Assembly (NCBI RefSeq): GCF_009914755.1 | Contig: NC_060928.1 | DNA: 64,000 bases | Direction: 5' to 3' (one strand) | Source of the DNA: the human T2T-CHM13v2.0 reference genome, Homo sapiens | Part shown: positions 17,221 through 39,088 of the stretch, in pieces | Layout of the letters: the number at the start of each line of letters is the position of its first letter | How positions within the stretch are numbered: the first letter of the stretch is position 1 | Notes under the pieces: model-generated | Seen by the model: the letters and a program-made list of their open reading frames with translations, nothing else | What the model was told of the DNA's origin: nothing | Databases searched by the model: none | Position numbers and translations under genes: made by a program

Positions 17221-20200
17221 GAAATTGGCTGATTGGCCTTTGATTATTATAGTCATTTATTCATTCATTTAATTTTTTTTAAACTAAGAGTTACAATCTA
17301 ATGGGAAAAATAATCTAGCAGCATACCTAATTGAAAATCCTGCCATGAATTTGTACTGTAGCAAGAGCATGAAACCTGGTTTTTATTTTGAGGTACTTAA
17401 AATATTAGAGTAAATGAAAACATTTTAGCAACTACTTATAATTCCTCAAAATATCAGCATTTGTAAACTTTTGCATCTAGCTTACTTAAATTCTTTATGC
17501 AAATTAGCATCCAATTATAATTATCAATATTACAGTAATTGAATATAGTGATGGTGTGCATAGCAGAACTAACATTGTAATCCTTTATGTAGTTTCTTGA
17601 GTCTGTTGAACTGTACACATATAAAATGTCTTTAACCTACCTGGTGTCGAGCATACTGTGCTGCCCACAGCGGTTCACAGTAACCACAACCCCTGACTTA
17701 AAAATATGGAGAAAACGCTCTTGACAGACCTCTGTTGTTGTACTTTGTCAATGTAGTTTGTGATAGTCTTGGCTAATGTGTTACACCTTGATTTACTTCC
17801 TATCCTATTAAATTATTCATATCATGCCATATATGAACATGCCAATCTTTAATAAAATGAGCTGAAAATTAGCATTTAGAGAAAAACAAGTTCAAGAACA
17901 AATACTCCCTGGAAACATAGTCTTGAGACAGTCAACATGAAATCCATTATTTTCCTTTTCATTGAAGGTAAAAATGTGGGTTGTGGGTTGTTCATCTGAT
18001 AATGCCCCTCACAAACATATGAGATCCATGGATTTCTATACCACTAGGTTTCCTGGGAGGTCTACATTAGCCCCAAGGCAGCTGGCCAGCGTGAGTTGTA
18101 CCTGCATTGTGAGAAGATCATCTTTATTATGTGTTTACAGTTGCCTGACTCAGTATCTGTTCCTAAGCAGACAGTGGACTGCCCACTTGTAGGCTCACCT
18201 AACTAAAGTTGTCTCTTACATATCTGGCTATGGAAAATTTAAATGATGATGTCCCTTACATGGCCTAAAGCATGTAAGATACCTAAAGTGTATATGATGT
18301 GTAGAAGATGCCTAAAGCACATGCCTAACATGCTTGGGTGAAAATCCAAGCTGTTACAACTTACTTAGAAAAGAGGTTTACTCATTTTTGTGATCAATTA
18401 AGTCAATCACAATAGGAATATTAAATACGTATTATATGCTGAACATGACAGTCATTGCTAGTATGAATTTAGCCAGTATTGACTTCTCTGATAATCTCAA
18501 AACAAGGTTAAAATATGTATAAACAATGATTTGTTCTCTTAGATGAAAAATATTTACAATAAGCAGAAAAAAGCACCATTCTTGAACTATGATTTTGTTA
18601 ATTTGTAACCTATTATATGTAGTGTTTTTCTTTTTTAATAGAAGCACTTTGGCCCCGTTGCTTGCAAGTAGTGCATATTGTTGCTAATACTTTTGTTGTT
18701 AACTTACAATTTTGAAATTAATTAATTTAACCACAGGGTGATATGAGATAAGATGATCATAAATGTTCTAATTTTGACAAATTATTGAAATTTTATTTGT
18801 GGTATCTTTATGATTGTTATGAATATTTATAACTGAGAAGATGATATGTTTTATATTCGAAGGGTATATATTTTTGCATATATATGAATTTATTTAAATC
18901 AGTCTCATTATTTAAACTAATCTATGTCTTGTTAATTGGCCATTTCACAGGTCATAGATAGGTAGAGATATAGGAACAATTTGTACTCTGATTGTTGCTA
19001 TCAGTTTCTTTTTTTTTTCCTGAAAGACTTTGCTTATGTATGTGATGCCCTTTCATTTGATGCACAAAGTTAATACTAGTATCAACTTTTACACCCACAT
19101 TATGGACTAGAATTTTGAATTAACCCAACAATTGACTGAGTCTACACTGATACTTTTTAAACATTAAAATTAAATTAAAATTACGATGTTAACATTACAA
19201 ACTCATTTTTATCATTTCTTGCACAACTCACTCTGGAAGAAACTAACATTAACCTCACACTCACCCCTTATTCTATTCTCAGTGCCCTCCTTGGACCCTA
19301 TGACTCCTTCCCAAGGTCAGAACTGATTAAACACTAGTGCTACTAAGAGTTTTAGCTGAGAGATAGACTGATTTGTTATTTGCTAGGTACTTTGAACAGA
19401 AAGGTATTGCAACGCTGGAGCTTAAGTGACTATGTTTGAATTTTGAGTGGGTGAAGCAAGAAAATATGGTGTTCAGAGAGAATGAAGTTTGGAGTAGACA
19501 TGCAGAGAGAAGCAGGGACCAAAGACCATACAATCCAGAGAGCGTAGAGGGCAGTGTTTGCCTGGTGCTAAAAATATTTTGGTTGTTGGTTCCAGTCTTT
19601 TTAGATACTCAGCTGTTCTTTCTCTTCAGTTTATTTCCTATCAATTCCCTTGAGCGTCTTAAGCAGCTTCTATTCTTTCAACTAAATAACTATTAGGATA
19701 CTCATCCTCGCTTTATTTGGTTAGCATTTGCTAAATGTATCTACTCCTATTCTTTAACTTTTAACACTTATCTCTCAAGATTTTTCTGGATTCTAAACAA
19801 ACTTGTTTAGATAATTCATTAGGAGTTTCTGAGTAGGATGTGAGTTTCAATAGTCATACAAGATAATGAATAACAAATTTGGTTAAAGTAAAAGAAAGTA
19901 AAAGACAGAAATTGTAATAGATGTTGCCCATACCTGATACAGATTTAAAAAACTAGATGAAGGCATCATGAACCATTAACTAACAATTGTGAAGTATCGA
20001 GCAAATAACCTACCGTTTTTGAATCTCTCTCACTTTTTAATTTGTAATAGAGGAATTGTATTAGCTGTCTAAACTATTTCACAGGGAACTTGTGAGGATC
20101 AAATGAAATAATATATATGAATGTGCTTTTCAAGAACCCTATTACTGTTTTGTAATGCAAAAGGGTGTAAACCTACAGATACTTCAGATTCAAAAAGAAC

Positions 20201-20755
20201 TAAGTACTTACAGATCTTTAGTCTATACAGATTTCAGATTTGTTGGCTGTGTCACCACTTCAGTATATCTGGATAATTCTGAGTAAGGTTCTTCCAGGCA
20301 GAAGTTAGGGTATGGGGTAAACTTTCTAAAACACTCAGCAACCTAAGCACTTGGTGTAATTTCATGCAGTAAATATGGAATGGGAAATTTTAAAGTGGAG
20401 CAGATTCTTTGAATCATGGATTGCTCTAGAATCTCTAAAGTCACTTTAAAATACCGAGGTTTGGCGATATAAGCATTTGGCTGCTCTAAACATGGTTGCT
20501 AGGCAAATAGCTATCCTGTGGGGATCCCCTGGGAAGTGAATTGACCTTAAACCATGAGATTGGTGTACTTTTTCAGTGGCTCTTGCATTGTCAATGTACA
20601 GAGGAGTTGTGAAAAGTTGCCATTCCTTTTCTGTAGCATCACACTGAATATTTTACATGTTGCATAAACTTTAGTGGTGAGCAAAGTACCTCTTTATTTG
20701 GACAGAGAAAATTTTATATTTGCGTATAATTACATATAAAAATTATATCCAAGAA

Positions 20756-21360
<605 letters not shown>

Positions 21361-22009
21361 TGCTATAATTTAATAACAAATACTTTAAAATAAGACAAAA
21401 TTTTTGTTTGAAATGAAAAGCAATGAAACTGCTGGTGTTGCTATAACATCATTCACTAACATCACTGTTTTGTAATGAAAGGTGCAAAGTATTAATCCAG
21501 GCATCCAAATTTATTACAAATATAACCTTAAAGCTATGTGAAAAACTTGAATATAAACATTTTTCAACACTATCAATCTCTTCCAATTTTGTGAAATGTT
21601 GACACTGACACAAAGATTTTGATGGTTATGTGATTCTTTGCCATGACAAACAACGTTTTTGTCTGTTTATAATGCACTTTAATTAGAAGTATAAAATCAG
21701 AGTTAAGAGGATTTTTGAAGAAATTAGTAGCTTCCTAAGCCCAACTGTATGAATAAGCTTCTAACGGAAACCAAGGACAGGATTATTTTCAGGCTTTTAG
21801 TCTTAATAAAAATGTGCAGAGAATTTCAATTCTAATTTATATAAGTAAGTCAGATAAATCAATTTATTTACCTGGATTTTGGCCTGTCACTTTCTATTTG
21901 AAAATGAAAAGAATTAATTTTCATATTCTATGCATATTTATTAATCAGTATTTTTTACACATTGTTACTACCTTGCCATTTATTATTACCAATTAAATAA
22001 GTCCAATCA

Positions 22010-26670
<4,661 letters not shown>

Positions 26671-26934
26671 TAAATGGTTCTAAATTTCTTTTATTTTAAA
26701 CTGTTAATAGTCTCAAAATGACACTGAAGCATAACTGGTATAATATTATTTGAAAATATTCTGTTGCATGATACTACATAATACGTAGCAAGGTAAATTA
26801 TTAGTATGTTTAAAGTTAAGGGAAAGGTAACTTTCATATTGTTGTGTATCATTTACAGTTTTGCCCAGTTTTTAAATTTTTTTGGAGTGCATTCCTCTCT
26901 TTTGAAGTCAATGAATGATTCATAAGAAAAAATA

Positions 26935-29436
26935 TAAGATCCTATTTGCAATTTTTTTGCTTTTGTTGCAATTGCTTTCAGTGTTTTTGTCATGAAATCT
27001 TTGCCTGTGCCTATGTCCTGAATGGTATTGTCTAGATTTTCTTCTAGGGTTTTTATAGTTTTGGGTTTTACATTTAAGTCTTTAATCCATCTTGAGTTAA
27101 TTTTTGTATACGATGTAAGGAAGGGGTCCAGTTTCAATTTTCTGCACATGGGTAGCCAGTTCTCCCAGCACCATTTATTAAATAGGGAATCCATTCCTTA
27201 TTGCTTGTTTTTGTCAGGTTTGTGAAAGATCAGATGGTTCTAGGTGTGTGGTCTTACTTTTGAGTTCTCTATTCTGTTCCACTGATCTATGTGTCTGTTT
27301 TTGTACCAGTACCATGCTGTTTTGGTTACTGTGGACGTGTAGTATAGTTTGAAGGTGGGTAGTATGATGTCTCCAGCTTTGTTCCTTTTGCTTAGGATTG
27401 TCTTGGATATACTGGCCCTTTTTTTTTGTTTCATATAAATTTTAAAATACTTTTTTCTAATTTTGTGAAGACTGTTAATGGTATTTTAATGGGAATAGCA
27501 TTGAATTACTTTGGGCAGTGTGGCCATTTTCACAATATTTATTCTTCGTATCTATGAGCATGGAATATTTTTTCATTTGTTTGTGTCGTTTCTGATTTCC
27601 TTGAGCAGTAGTTTGTAGTTCTCCTTGAAGAGGTCCTTCACATCCCTTGTTAGCTGTATTCCTAGATATTTTATTCTTTTTGTGGCAATTGTGAATGGGA
27701 GTTCATTCATGATTTGGCTCTCTGTGTGCCTGTTGGTGTACAGCAATGTTAGTGATTTTTACACATTGATTTTTTTTTTATGCTGAGATTTTGCTGAAGT
27801 TGCTTATCAGCTTAAGAAGATTTTGTGCTTAGATGATGGGATTTTCTAGATATAGGATCAGGTCACTTGCAAACAAAGATAATTTGTCTTCCTGTCTTCC
27901 TACTTGAATACACTTTTTTCTTTCTCTTGCCTGATTGCCCTGGCCAGAACTTCCAATACTATGTGGAATAGGAGTGGTGAGAGAGGACATCATGGTCTTG
28001 GGCTTGTATTCAAGAGGAATGCTTACAGCTTTTGCCCATTCAGTATGATATTGAATATGGGTTTGTCATAAATAGCTCCTATTATTTTGAGGTATGTTCC
28101 TTCAATATATGGTTTATTGAGAGTTTTTAACATGAAGGGATGTTGAATTTTATTGATGGTCTTTTCTGGATCTATTGAGATTATCATGCAGTGTTTGTCT
28201 TTAGTTCTGTTTATGTGACGAATTACATGTATTGACTTGCATATGTCGAACCAACCTTGCATTGTGGGGATGAATTGAACTTGATCGTGGTGGATAAGCT
28301 TTTTGATGTGCTTCTGGATTTGGTTTGCCAGTATTTTTCACATTCATTTTCATCAGGGATATTGGCCTGAAGGATTTTTTTGCTGTTGTTGTATCAAAGT
28401 GAACAGAAAACCTACAGAAAGGGAGAAAATTTTTGCAATCTATCCATCTGACAAAGGTCTAATATCCAGTGTCTACAAGGAACTTAAACAAATTTACAAG
28501 AAAAAAGCAAACAACCACATTAAAAAGTGGGCAAAGGACATGAACAGACACTTCTTAAAAGAAGACATTCATGCAGCCAACAAACACATGAAGTAAAGCT
28601 CAACATCACTGATCATTAGAGAAATGCCAATCAAAACCACAATGAGATACAATCTCATACCAATCAGAATAGCAATTATTAAAAAGTAAAGAAACAACAG
28701 ACACTGGTGAGGTTGTGGAGAAACAGGAACACTTATACACTGTTGCTGGGAATGTAAATTAGTTCAACCATTGTGGAAGAGTGTGGCAATTCCTCAAAGA
28801 TCTAGAAATATGGTTATAAGATAGAAATACCTTAATATACAGGTGATATAAGATAAAATATGGTTGTAAGATAGAAATACCATTTGACCCAGCAATCCCA
28901 TTACAGGGTATAAATCATCCTATTATAAAGATACAGTACATGCATATGTATGTTCAATGCAGCACTATTCACAATAGCAAAGAGATGGAATCAACCCATA
29001 TTGCCCATCAATGATAGACTGGATAAAGAAAATGTGGTACATATTCACCATAGAATACTATATAGCCATAAAAAGAAATGAGATTATGTCCTTTGTGGGG
29101 ACATGGATGAAGCTGGAAGCCGTCATCCTCAGCAAACTAACGCAGGAACAGAAAACCAAACACTACATGTTTTCACTTATAAGTGGGAGCTGAATGATGA
29201 GAACATATGGGACACATGGCAGGGAACAACACATACTGGGACCTGTTGGGGGGTGGTGGTGGAGGGAGAGAGACCATCAGGAAGAATAGGTAATGGATGC
29301 TGGGCTTAATACCTAGGTGATGGGTTGATCCTTGCAGCAAATCACTATGGCACATGTTGACCTGTGTAGTGTAACAAACCTGCACATCCTGCACATGTAC
29401 CCCGGAGCTTAAAATAAAATTGATGGAAAAAAAAAA
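26935..29436 (+). mobile_element. Older L1PA (about L1PA10-13) with 5' inversion (inverted ~26935-28392, sense ~28393-29436); copy C
   Basis: Minus-strand ORF2 ORFs 26853-28262 switch to the plus strand at gtatc|aaagtgaacag; 3' UTR gggcttaatacctaggtgatggg; probable TSD aaaaaatat. Confidence 0.9.
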
Positions 29437-31474
29437 TATGCATTTTTAATTTTGGAATTACATACGTTAAAATGCTAAGATAATAACAGCTCCACATAAA
29501 ATATAGAAAACTTTCACCAAATTTACAAACATTTTTGAAAAACAAGATTACTACTTGTTTTTGTGTAGCCATAAAGAAATCATTGGGATTTTAAAATATT
29601 GATTTATTGTATGACAATAAGTTTATACAGATTATAGCAAATATAAGAAAAGGTACTTAGTAAAAACACAATAGAAGTACTGAGAAAAAATTGACTTAAT
29701 CTCTGAACATATGCCCCCTTTTATAACCTAAACCTAAACCTCAGAAACTCCTGGAACATTACAGAATATACAATCATACTTTCCATTAGCTATCAGAGTG
29801 ATGATATCATCACACATCATGTAACCTCTGGAAAACTGTACCAGACACTCATTAGAGAATAAGAGTGAAAAAGACAAACAGCATTTTAGTTTATTTTAAA
29901 AATAGTCGTGTACGCACTGACAGAGTGTTGATGACCCCTAATATTGTGAGAACTGCTCTATTAGGCTATGAACAGGCACTGACAAACTGGATTGAAAAAG
30001 AAGTATAGGGAAGCATAATGAAAAGTTCAGATACTTGAGAGTTTTAGTAATGGAACTTTACCAAAGCGAGATATTTACTTGAGAGAGCATCTTAGTATTT
30101 TAGTAAATAATTGAGTGGCAAGGTCAAAACCACCTTATATACATTTAGTAATTTTTTGCTGATATAGTACATGAACATCTTGATAAATATTTAATATTAA
30201 AATATGGTTATAAGATAGAATCTTGTAATCAATGACCCAGAAAGCCATTTAATCCATCATCTAATAAAGAGCATATCAATAGTGAAAGGGCACTACTAAT
30301 TATAATGCTGAGTCAATCAGTGTAACACAGGTTTGTCCCAGGGGATAAAAGTTCACCTTATCTTGCAAATACATATTCTGAGAGCTTAGTAGATTTCTAA
30401 ATTTGTGAATACTTCTGTGGCTTGTGCATTTCTCACATAAGTCAGTAAAGTTCAGATTCCTGAGAGTTACTAAAGGTTTGAATGATAAATAGCAACAGTT
30501 GATGAGATATGAATGCTGAAATTTTGGCTAGTTCATTCAGTAACTAAGTAACTCATTTCTGTACATCATCTTCAACATAATTAAATCTATTTTATACACA
30601 ATGAAGTTGAAAAAGCATCATCTAGTCCTAAATTATGTATGATTACTATGAGTATGTTCTCCTGACTCTATATTGGTTTCACACCAACGATTACTGACAT
30701 GAAAAACAGCCACACACCCTTTATAAAAACAAAAGGCTAATTGAGAATGAATCTTTAGCTCATCACTTGTTATTCATGTTAGTTTCTTGCTTGTATATAC
30801 ATGTGTTGTATTCAACACAAATATTGTGGATAGCTTTGTACTATGAACAAATTTTAAGACTATATCTGTGTAAGAATGTATTTGGTGACAGAGATGGCCA
30901 AGTTAAAAAAGAAAACTTGATAGTAAAAAAAAACCTTGATACTTTTTATCTCTTTTTTTTACTAGTGGCTAAGAGGGCAGGAATCCTCATCATACACACA
31001 AAAGGCTGGTAAATTAAGAAACACAAAGCAATGGTCTCAAACCTGCCACTGCCTTGTTATGGAACTTCTGAGCTATCTCATTCACCTTTCCTTCAGGTGA
31101 CAAAGAATGGATTATGGGAATATTGAACTACTCCACAAAATCTATTGAAAGGAATAATCAATATAAATTATTACAAAGTAGTTTCTCTTTTATACCCTCC
31201 CTGGGTCTCCATTATCCAATTTCCAGGTTGTCTGGCATCTTCCCTTTGTCTTCTTTGTCATGCTGCTTATCTTTTTAGGAATTTCTCACTGAAATCACAT
31301 TTTAAATGGAGAAAGAGAGAATTGGTTACTCTCTTATTGCTTTTATTCTTCAGTCCTCTTAATACCCAACATTTATTTAAAAATATTTAACTGTTTAAAA
31401 AAGACAATAGCCCTTTTTTCTTATCTTCCTGAAATACTGCATTTTCTAGCAGTGCTTCTCCAAAGCTCCACTCA

Positions 31475-31590
31475 CAAACCTGCAACAACCTTCTATAACA
31501 CAAGTTTACCGACATAACAAATCCGCACATGTACCCCAAACTTAAAATAAAAATCATAAAAAAGGCAAAACAAAACAAAACGAAAACAAT
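31475..31590 (+). mobile_element. Short L1PA 3'-terminal fragment with A-rich tail
   Basis: caagtttacc...cacatgtaccccaaacttaaaataaaa. Confidence 0.75.
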
Positions 31591-32019
31591 AACGCACTTT
31601 GTTTAATTAAGCTTTATATCAGGGAGAGGTGAGCTCAAAAGGCACGTTAAATCATGACCTGTCATATCTGAATTATTTTGAGTGTCACATTTAAAGCCTT
31701 TAAAAAAAGGCTCTAGCTTTTTCTGTGCGTGATTGTAAAAAAGTAATCATCTGTGATAGATGACTACTTGCATCAATATGTGCTCCTTAAATCTTTCCTG
31801 TAAAGTTCCATTAAGTTAGCTTAATCTCTACAGCTTGATTGAATCTTTGGAGCTTCAGTCTTCTTATGTAGTGTTATTCCATTCATTTTTGTTATTGCTT
31901 TTCCTCTAACCTTCTAAAGGTGTGATCTTTGGGAGACATTATCTTTACAATGAGGAAAGGTACCTTGATGGTTAGCATGTGAACTCTGGATCCAGACTGC
32001 CTATATTCAAATTAAACCT

Positions 32020-33362
<1,343 letters not shown>

Positions 33363-33454
33363 GACCTCTTTCACAGGGAAATTATGAGTATTAAATAAGT
33401 TAATTCATGTAAAATGCTTAAAATTATGACTGATATGAAATAAAGATTTAATAC

Positions 33455-34129
33455 TGTTAGTAGTGGCAGAGATCTAAGTTACCCCAAGTTACCAGTAGGA
33501 AATCTGTATACGTCTGCAAGCAACTTTAGCCCTTGTCTACTCAAAAGAAAGAATTTGACTGAGGGACATGAAGCAGAAAACAAGACTGAGGCAAGTTTCA
33601 GAGCATGAGTGGAAGTTTATTTAAAAAGGCCTTAGAACAGGAAAGAAAGGAAGGTGCAGTTGGAAGAGACCCAAGCGGGCACATGAAGGTTTAAGAGAGA
33701 AGGTCAAATGTCCCGTTCAACCATGATTCTTGGCCTTTTATAGGTTCACCTCTTTCCCGAGATTCTTCCCGTATGTGCAGAGCCCTCTCTACACTTGGGA
33801 AGTGAGCATGCGCAGTGTGTTTAGGAAGAGTACATATGCCCACCTGAAGCTTTCTTCCTTTTTTCCAGTTGTGGGTACGTGGAAGATAATATTTTGCCGT
33901 TTTTATCTCTTAATGTGCATGCCCAGTAAGTTTCTTCTTTCTGGGGTCTGCCTTTAATAACACTTTAATGTTAATAGGTGTGGACCATCAGAAGATTCTC
34001 TCCCCGGTTGCTGAATTATCATTTTCTGAGAGGCAGTGTGACAATTTTTAAAACATCACTTGACATTTCTAGTGGGTGGAGGGAGAGCCCTCTCCTGCCC
34101 TACTCATGCCTATCTATCTACCTATAACA
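33455..34129 (-). mobile_element. ERV1 MER4-group solo LTR (MER50-like)
   Basis: TG...CA termini (tgttagtagtggcag...cctataaca); aagaaagaatttgactgaggg...gaggcaagtttcagagca motif. Confidence 0.75.
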
Positions 34130-34248
34130 ATAAAATGTATTGAGGGCCTACCATAGTTTAGGGTCTGATAGACACTAGGTGTATAGCTATAAAGATACTA
34201 TATGCTTAAGAACTGAGTTTAGAAGGAGAGGTACACATTGAAACAAAT

Positions 34249-34587
34249 ATAGCTGTCTCTTGGTATCCATGGGCAATTGGTTTCAGCACCCCTCATTGAT
34301 ACCAAAATCTGTGATGTTCAAGTGCTTTATATAAAATGGCACAGTACTTGCATATAACCTATATACATCTTTCCATATACTTAAATCATCTTTAATTACT
34401 TATAATGCCCAATATAATGTAAATACTATGTAAATAGTTGTTATACTGTATTGTTTAGGGAACAGTGACAAGAAAAAGTCTACATGTTCAATACAGACTC
34501 AAACATTAATTTTTTCCCCAAATATTTTCATTTTACTGTGGGTTGAATCCATGTATGTGGAACCCACAGATAAGGAGGGCTGACTGT
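34249..34587. mobile_element. Tigger-derived MITE (MER2-like)
   Basis: Degenerate TIRs (agctgtctcttggtatcc / cagataaggagggctgactg) at TA sites; MER2-like internal sequence. Confidence 0.8.
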
Positions 34588-36194
34588 AAGTGAAATAGAA
34601 CATAATATGCATTGTAATAATATTACACAGGTTATAGAGGTGGCATAAATCTGGAGGTTCTGCAAAGTCTTCCCAGAGGTGAAGTATTCAGGCTGATCTG
34701 GAACTCTGGCTGGATAATGGAGAAGAGCAATCTGGGCACTGTTACCACTGGGCAGGTGAGTTCTGTAATGCTGTTCCTGGAGTCATTTCTCCAGGCCTAC
34801 CCAGGCACTAGTTCTCAAGGTGTTTCAATAATTTGGAAAACCCAATTTATTAGATTAGTTTTTGCTTAAATTATCTAGAGTAGTTTTATATCTTTGCAAT
34901 GAAACCCTCTATTATCTTTCTTTCCCACAAGACTTACAAAAATTAGAACCCTTGCTTGACAACTGTTTGCTTCTAATCTTAGAAAACTGTCCACTCCTAA
35001 TATACATGTAAGATAGATACCATGCTTATATTTCTTAAATGCCACCTATTTTTCTGGGTCATATTTTTAAAAATGTATTTTAAATATTCACTACTATCTA
35101 TTTGTACATTTCAAGTAATTCAACCTTACGAACTCCAACTTGCTTAAATGCAAAATATACACATTAATATCTATGATATATAGTTGCTGTAAATAAACAA
35201 AATACTTTTTATAAAAATGTTTTGAAAACTGTAATATACTACGTAAAGTTAGACATTAAAAGTTACTCTACGATCAAATCATAGGGATTTGTTTTTCAAT
35301 AAATGAAGCCCATAAGTGAGTGTTCTGAGGTCAGATAATTAGCATTTAGAAACAGATGCAAATGCAAGTGTATTAACCTGTGGTAGGGCTAATAAATGTC
35401 TAGTGACCTAAATAGGGATTAAATTTACATCTCTACTATAGTTTCATTTTTCTCTGTATGCTAATTTGAGAATGCATATTAAGAAAAGCATCATGGTGCA
35501 GTGTTTTTTTTAATGATGTGAACTTAGGTTAAATGCCATCTTAACTCTGCCAAGTGAAGTGATGAGGAAATTATACAGCCATTTAAAGTCATTAAAATAT
35601 TTTGCATTTGTTTTTTGGTCACTTTTAACATTTTATTTTGAATTGCTAAAGTAATTGCCTTGAATTAGGATGACTTTTTTGCTTTTGTTTCTGATATGTC
35701 ATTTGGCTATTTTGTGATGTGAATTTTAAAAACATTTTTATGGCCTGAGTGATATCTTAAACCTATTTGGGTAGTTCCTTTAAGGTCCTAATTGTTTTTG
35801 GCGTTTTGTGATGGAGTAATCAGGACTGTATTTAAGTCCCTTGCTATTGAATATTGCAAATAATTTTAGGGCTGTAAGTACCTTAAAGAACTTTCTTAGT
35901 AAATCTAATAAGCAGTAAATACAACTAATAATTGAGTTCAGTCTTAGATTCAGAAACATCAGTGAGATCAATATCTTTTTATCTCATTTCCAAAATTTTT
36001 ATTTTTTCTCTTCCTTTCTCTAATCTAGGTAAAGACATATGCATCATTATTATCTGTGTTCACTGTATTAGAAAATTACATGCACCAAGAATCAACTTTT
36101 GATGAAACTACTATTGTTTCAGCTCCCTGTCAAAACTCTCGTGTTTAATCCCAAACTAACTCAAAATACTTAACTGGTTAAATGATGAGTTCTA

Positions 36195-36430
36195 TTGAGG
36201 AAAAGAGTCAAACTACATAAAATATTTGAAGAGATTTGTTTTAAGCCAAATATGAAAGACCATGGCCTGTGACACAGCCTTCAGGAGACCCTCAGAACAT
36301 GTACCCAAGGTAGTCAGAGCACAGTTTGGTTTTATACATTTTAGGGAGACATGAGACATCAATCAAGTACATTTAAGATATACCTTGGTTCTGTCAAAAA
36401 AGGTGAAACAATTTGAAGTATTGCAGGGTG
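36195..36430. mobile_element. MER4-type LTR fragment
   Basis: aaaagagtcaaact...aatatttgaagagattt...tttatacattttagggagacatgagacatcaatcaa. Confidence 0.7.
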
Positions 36431-36559
36431 GGAGTTGTGCTGCAAATTTAAGGAGACAACTTCAGGCTAAACCTGATTTAACGTGACAAAGACCAGATAT
36501 TTCCTTTTAATAGAAACAATTTCCTTAAAACATCAATAAAACAGAGATAAACAATCACC

Positions 36560-37030
36560 ATTTTATCTGATAGTAAATGTTAGCTGCACAAAAATACACT
36601 TCCAAATAGCTCTAAAAGTAGCTTAAGGTAACAATTTATTTAGTTTTTATTGCTGCTGAGCAGTTCTATTCTAGGCTGGTCTTGGCTGGTCTCAGTTAGG
36701 CTTACTCATGCATCTGTGATCAGCTTGTGTGTTGTGTGTTGACTAGGGCTGGCTGGTCATGGATGGCCTCAGTCCCGTGTCTGGTTATTGCCTGAGATGA
36801 AAGAGGAGCAATTGGGCCACACATGTCTCCACGTGAGTTCTAAATGCAGAAATATGGCATACACCATTCTTCTTCTAAGCATTAGAAACAAACCAAGTTC
36901 TTGGCAAGCCTCTGCTTGTATTGTGCTTATTAATGTTACATTGGGTGAAGCAAGTCACTTGAATAATCAAGATTCAAAGGCTGGATAAACGGACTCTCTC
37001 CTTTGATGGGAAGGGAAGAATTGATAGTCA
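36560..37030. mobile_element. Old MaLR (MLT1-type) LTR
   Basis: actcatgcatctgtgatcagct...aagcctctgcttg...ctctcctttgatggga pattern. Confidence 0.5.
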
Positions 37031-37681
37031 TGTTGCAATCTATCTTAACATTATTCAAAACTCTTTTTGAAAAATATAATTGCTCTTCAAATTTCTATCA
37101 AGTGGCATGCCCAAACTCCATGATCAAAGTATCAGTAGTCAAGTAGATGCTGTTAGTGGTAGGAAGTGTTTTCCCATCAGGTTAAGTTAGGAGACTTGTA
37201 GAGAGGCTGCTGTTAAAATAAGCACATTAACACACACATCCTGAGTCATAAAACTTCTTTGTAGAATTTTGGTCATAAGTTGAGTTTTTGAAAGTTAGTG
37301 TAAGCTAGCCCACCCAACCCACTGAAAAAGAAATCATGAATTTGCCTCTTGAATTGCATTTTCTTCTAGGAGAGAGGTATGCCTAAATCACATGTTATAG
37401 TGGAATATAGAGCTCTTTCTCTAATATATAATATAATTAAATTATAGAGCTCTTTCTCATATATATTTACTCAGTCTTTCTGTAACAATTCTTGAGATAT
37501 TACATTATAGGTTTAAGTTGAAAATTAATACCATTCCAAATTGTTCTAGTGCATGTTTGAACAAAGTGGTGATAAAAGCTTCAACAGTTGGTCGTTTTCT
37601 CTGCTTGCTTTCTTCCAACTGCCTCTGTTACTACCACAAAGGCAAGTTTTTTATACATATGTTATCTGTGATCTGGTACTA

Positions 37682-38128
<447 letters not shown>

Positions 38129-39088
38129 TTAAAAACTTTCCTAGTTGCCCAGAATTAAAAAAATCCCATTTCTTGGGATGATAGTCATGTGTTCACCATT
38201 CATCTATTAATTAATTAATTAATCAATAATAAGCTGTGATTATTTCCTCTAAGCTAAGTGCAGTGAAGGATAGCAAAATGAAATGGTATATTCACTGGAC
38301 TCAAGCTACTTATAATCCTGTTGTACATAAAAGACATAAATATAAAAGGTAAGTGAAAAACCAAAAATAGACAATATATAGCAGGCGACTGCGCTTTACC
38401 CATCACCTTCTTTGTTTTACTCTGTCTCTCTCCAGAATGACATGGCGGCCATGCCCTCTTCATAATCTCTTGTTGTGATCTATCACTGGGACAGAAGGAA
38501 GGTAATCAATACTTTCTTTATAAATAACATATCATTGAATTCTCACAACACCTTTGTGAGGTAGATGTGTATTACAACATTTACCTCACAAGTAAGGAAA
38601 AATAAACCTGGAGTAATTAAGTAAACTTCTGTAGAATACATGAATTTAGATACAGATCTTTTAGGATCTCAAGCCTACAACTTTTACAGATTATCAAGTC
38701 TTCCTAAAATTTTCCATCAAAATACTCCAGAGGACAATACCTTACTTTTTTTTTGAGAGATTATGGAAGTATAGCCCAAAGCAGTCAACCATGAGCCCTT
38801 TTTTATTCTAAATTTACATCTGAGTTTTGTTGTCAGCATTACCGCTTCCCCTGTTCACAGGGAATTTCTGCACTTGTTAGTGAGAAATGTCCGTTCAGAA
38901 AGAAAACTAACTTAGCCAGAGACCCTTCCAATAGTGTATTGCATACTTAAAAATTGCTAAAAGAGTAGATTTTATATCTACTCACCACAAATAAATGATA
39001 AGAATGTGAGGCAATTCATATGTTAATTAGCTCACTATAGCTATTAAAGTATACATATTTCAAAATATCATGTACACCATTACGATAT

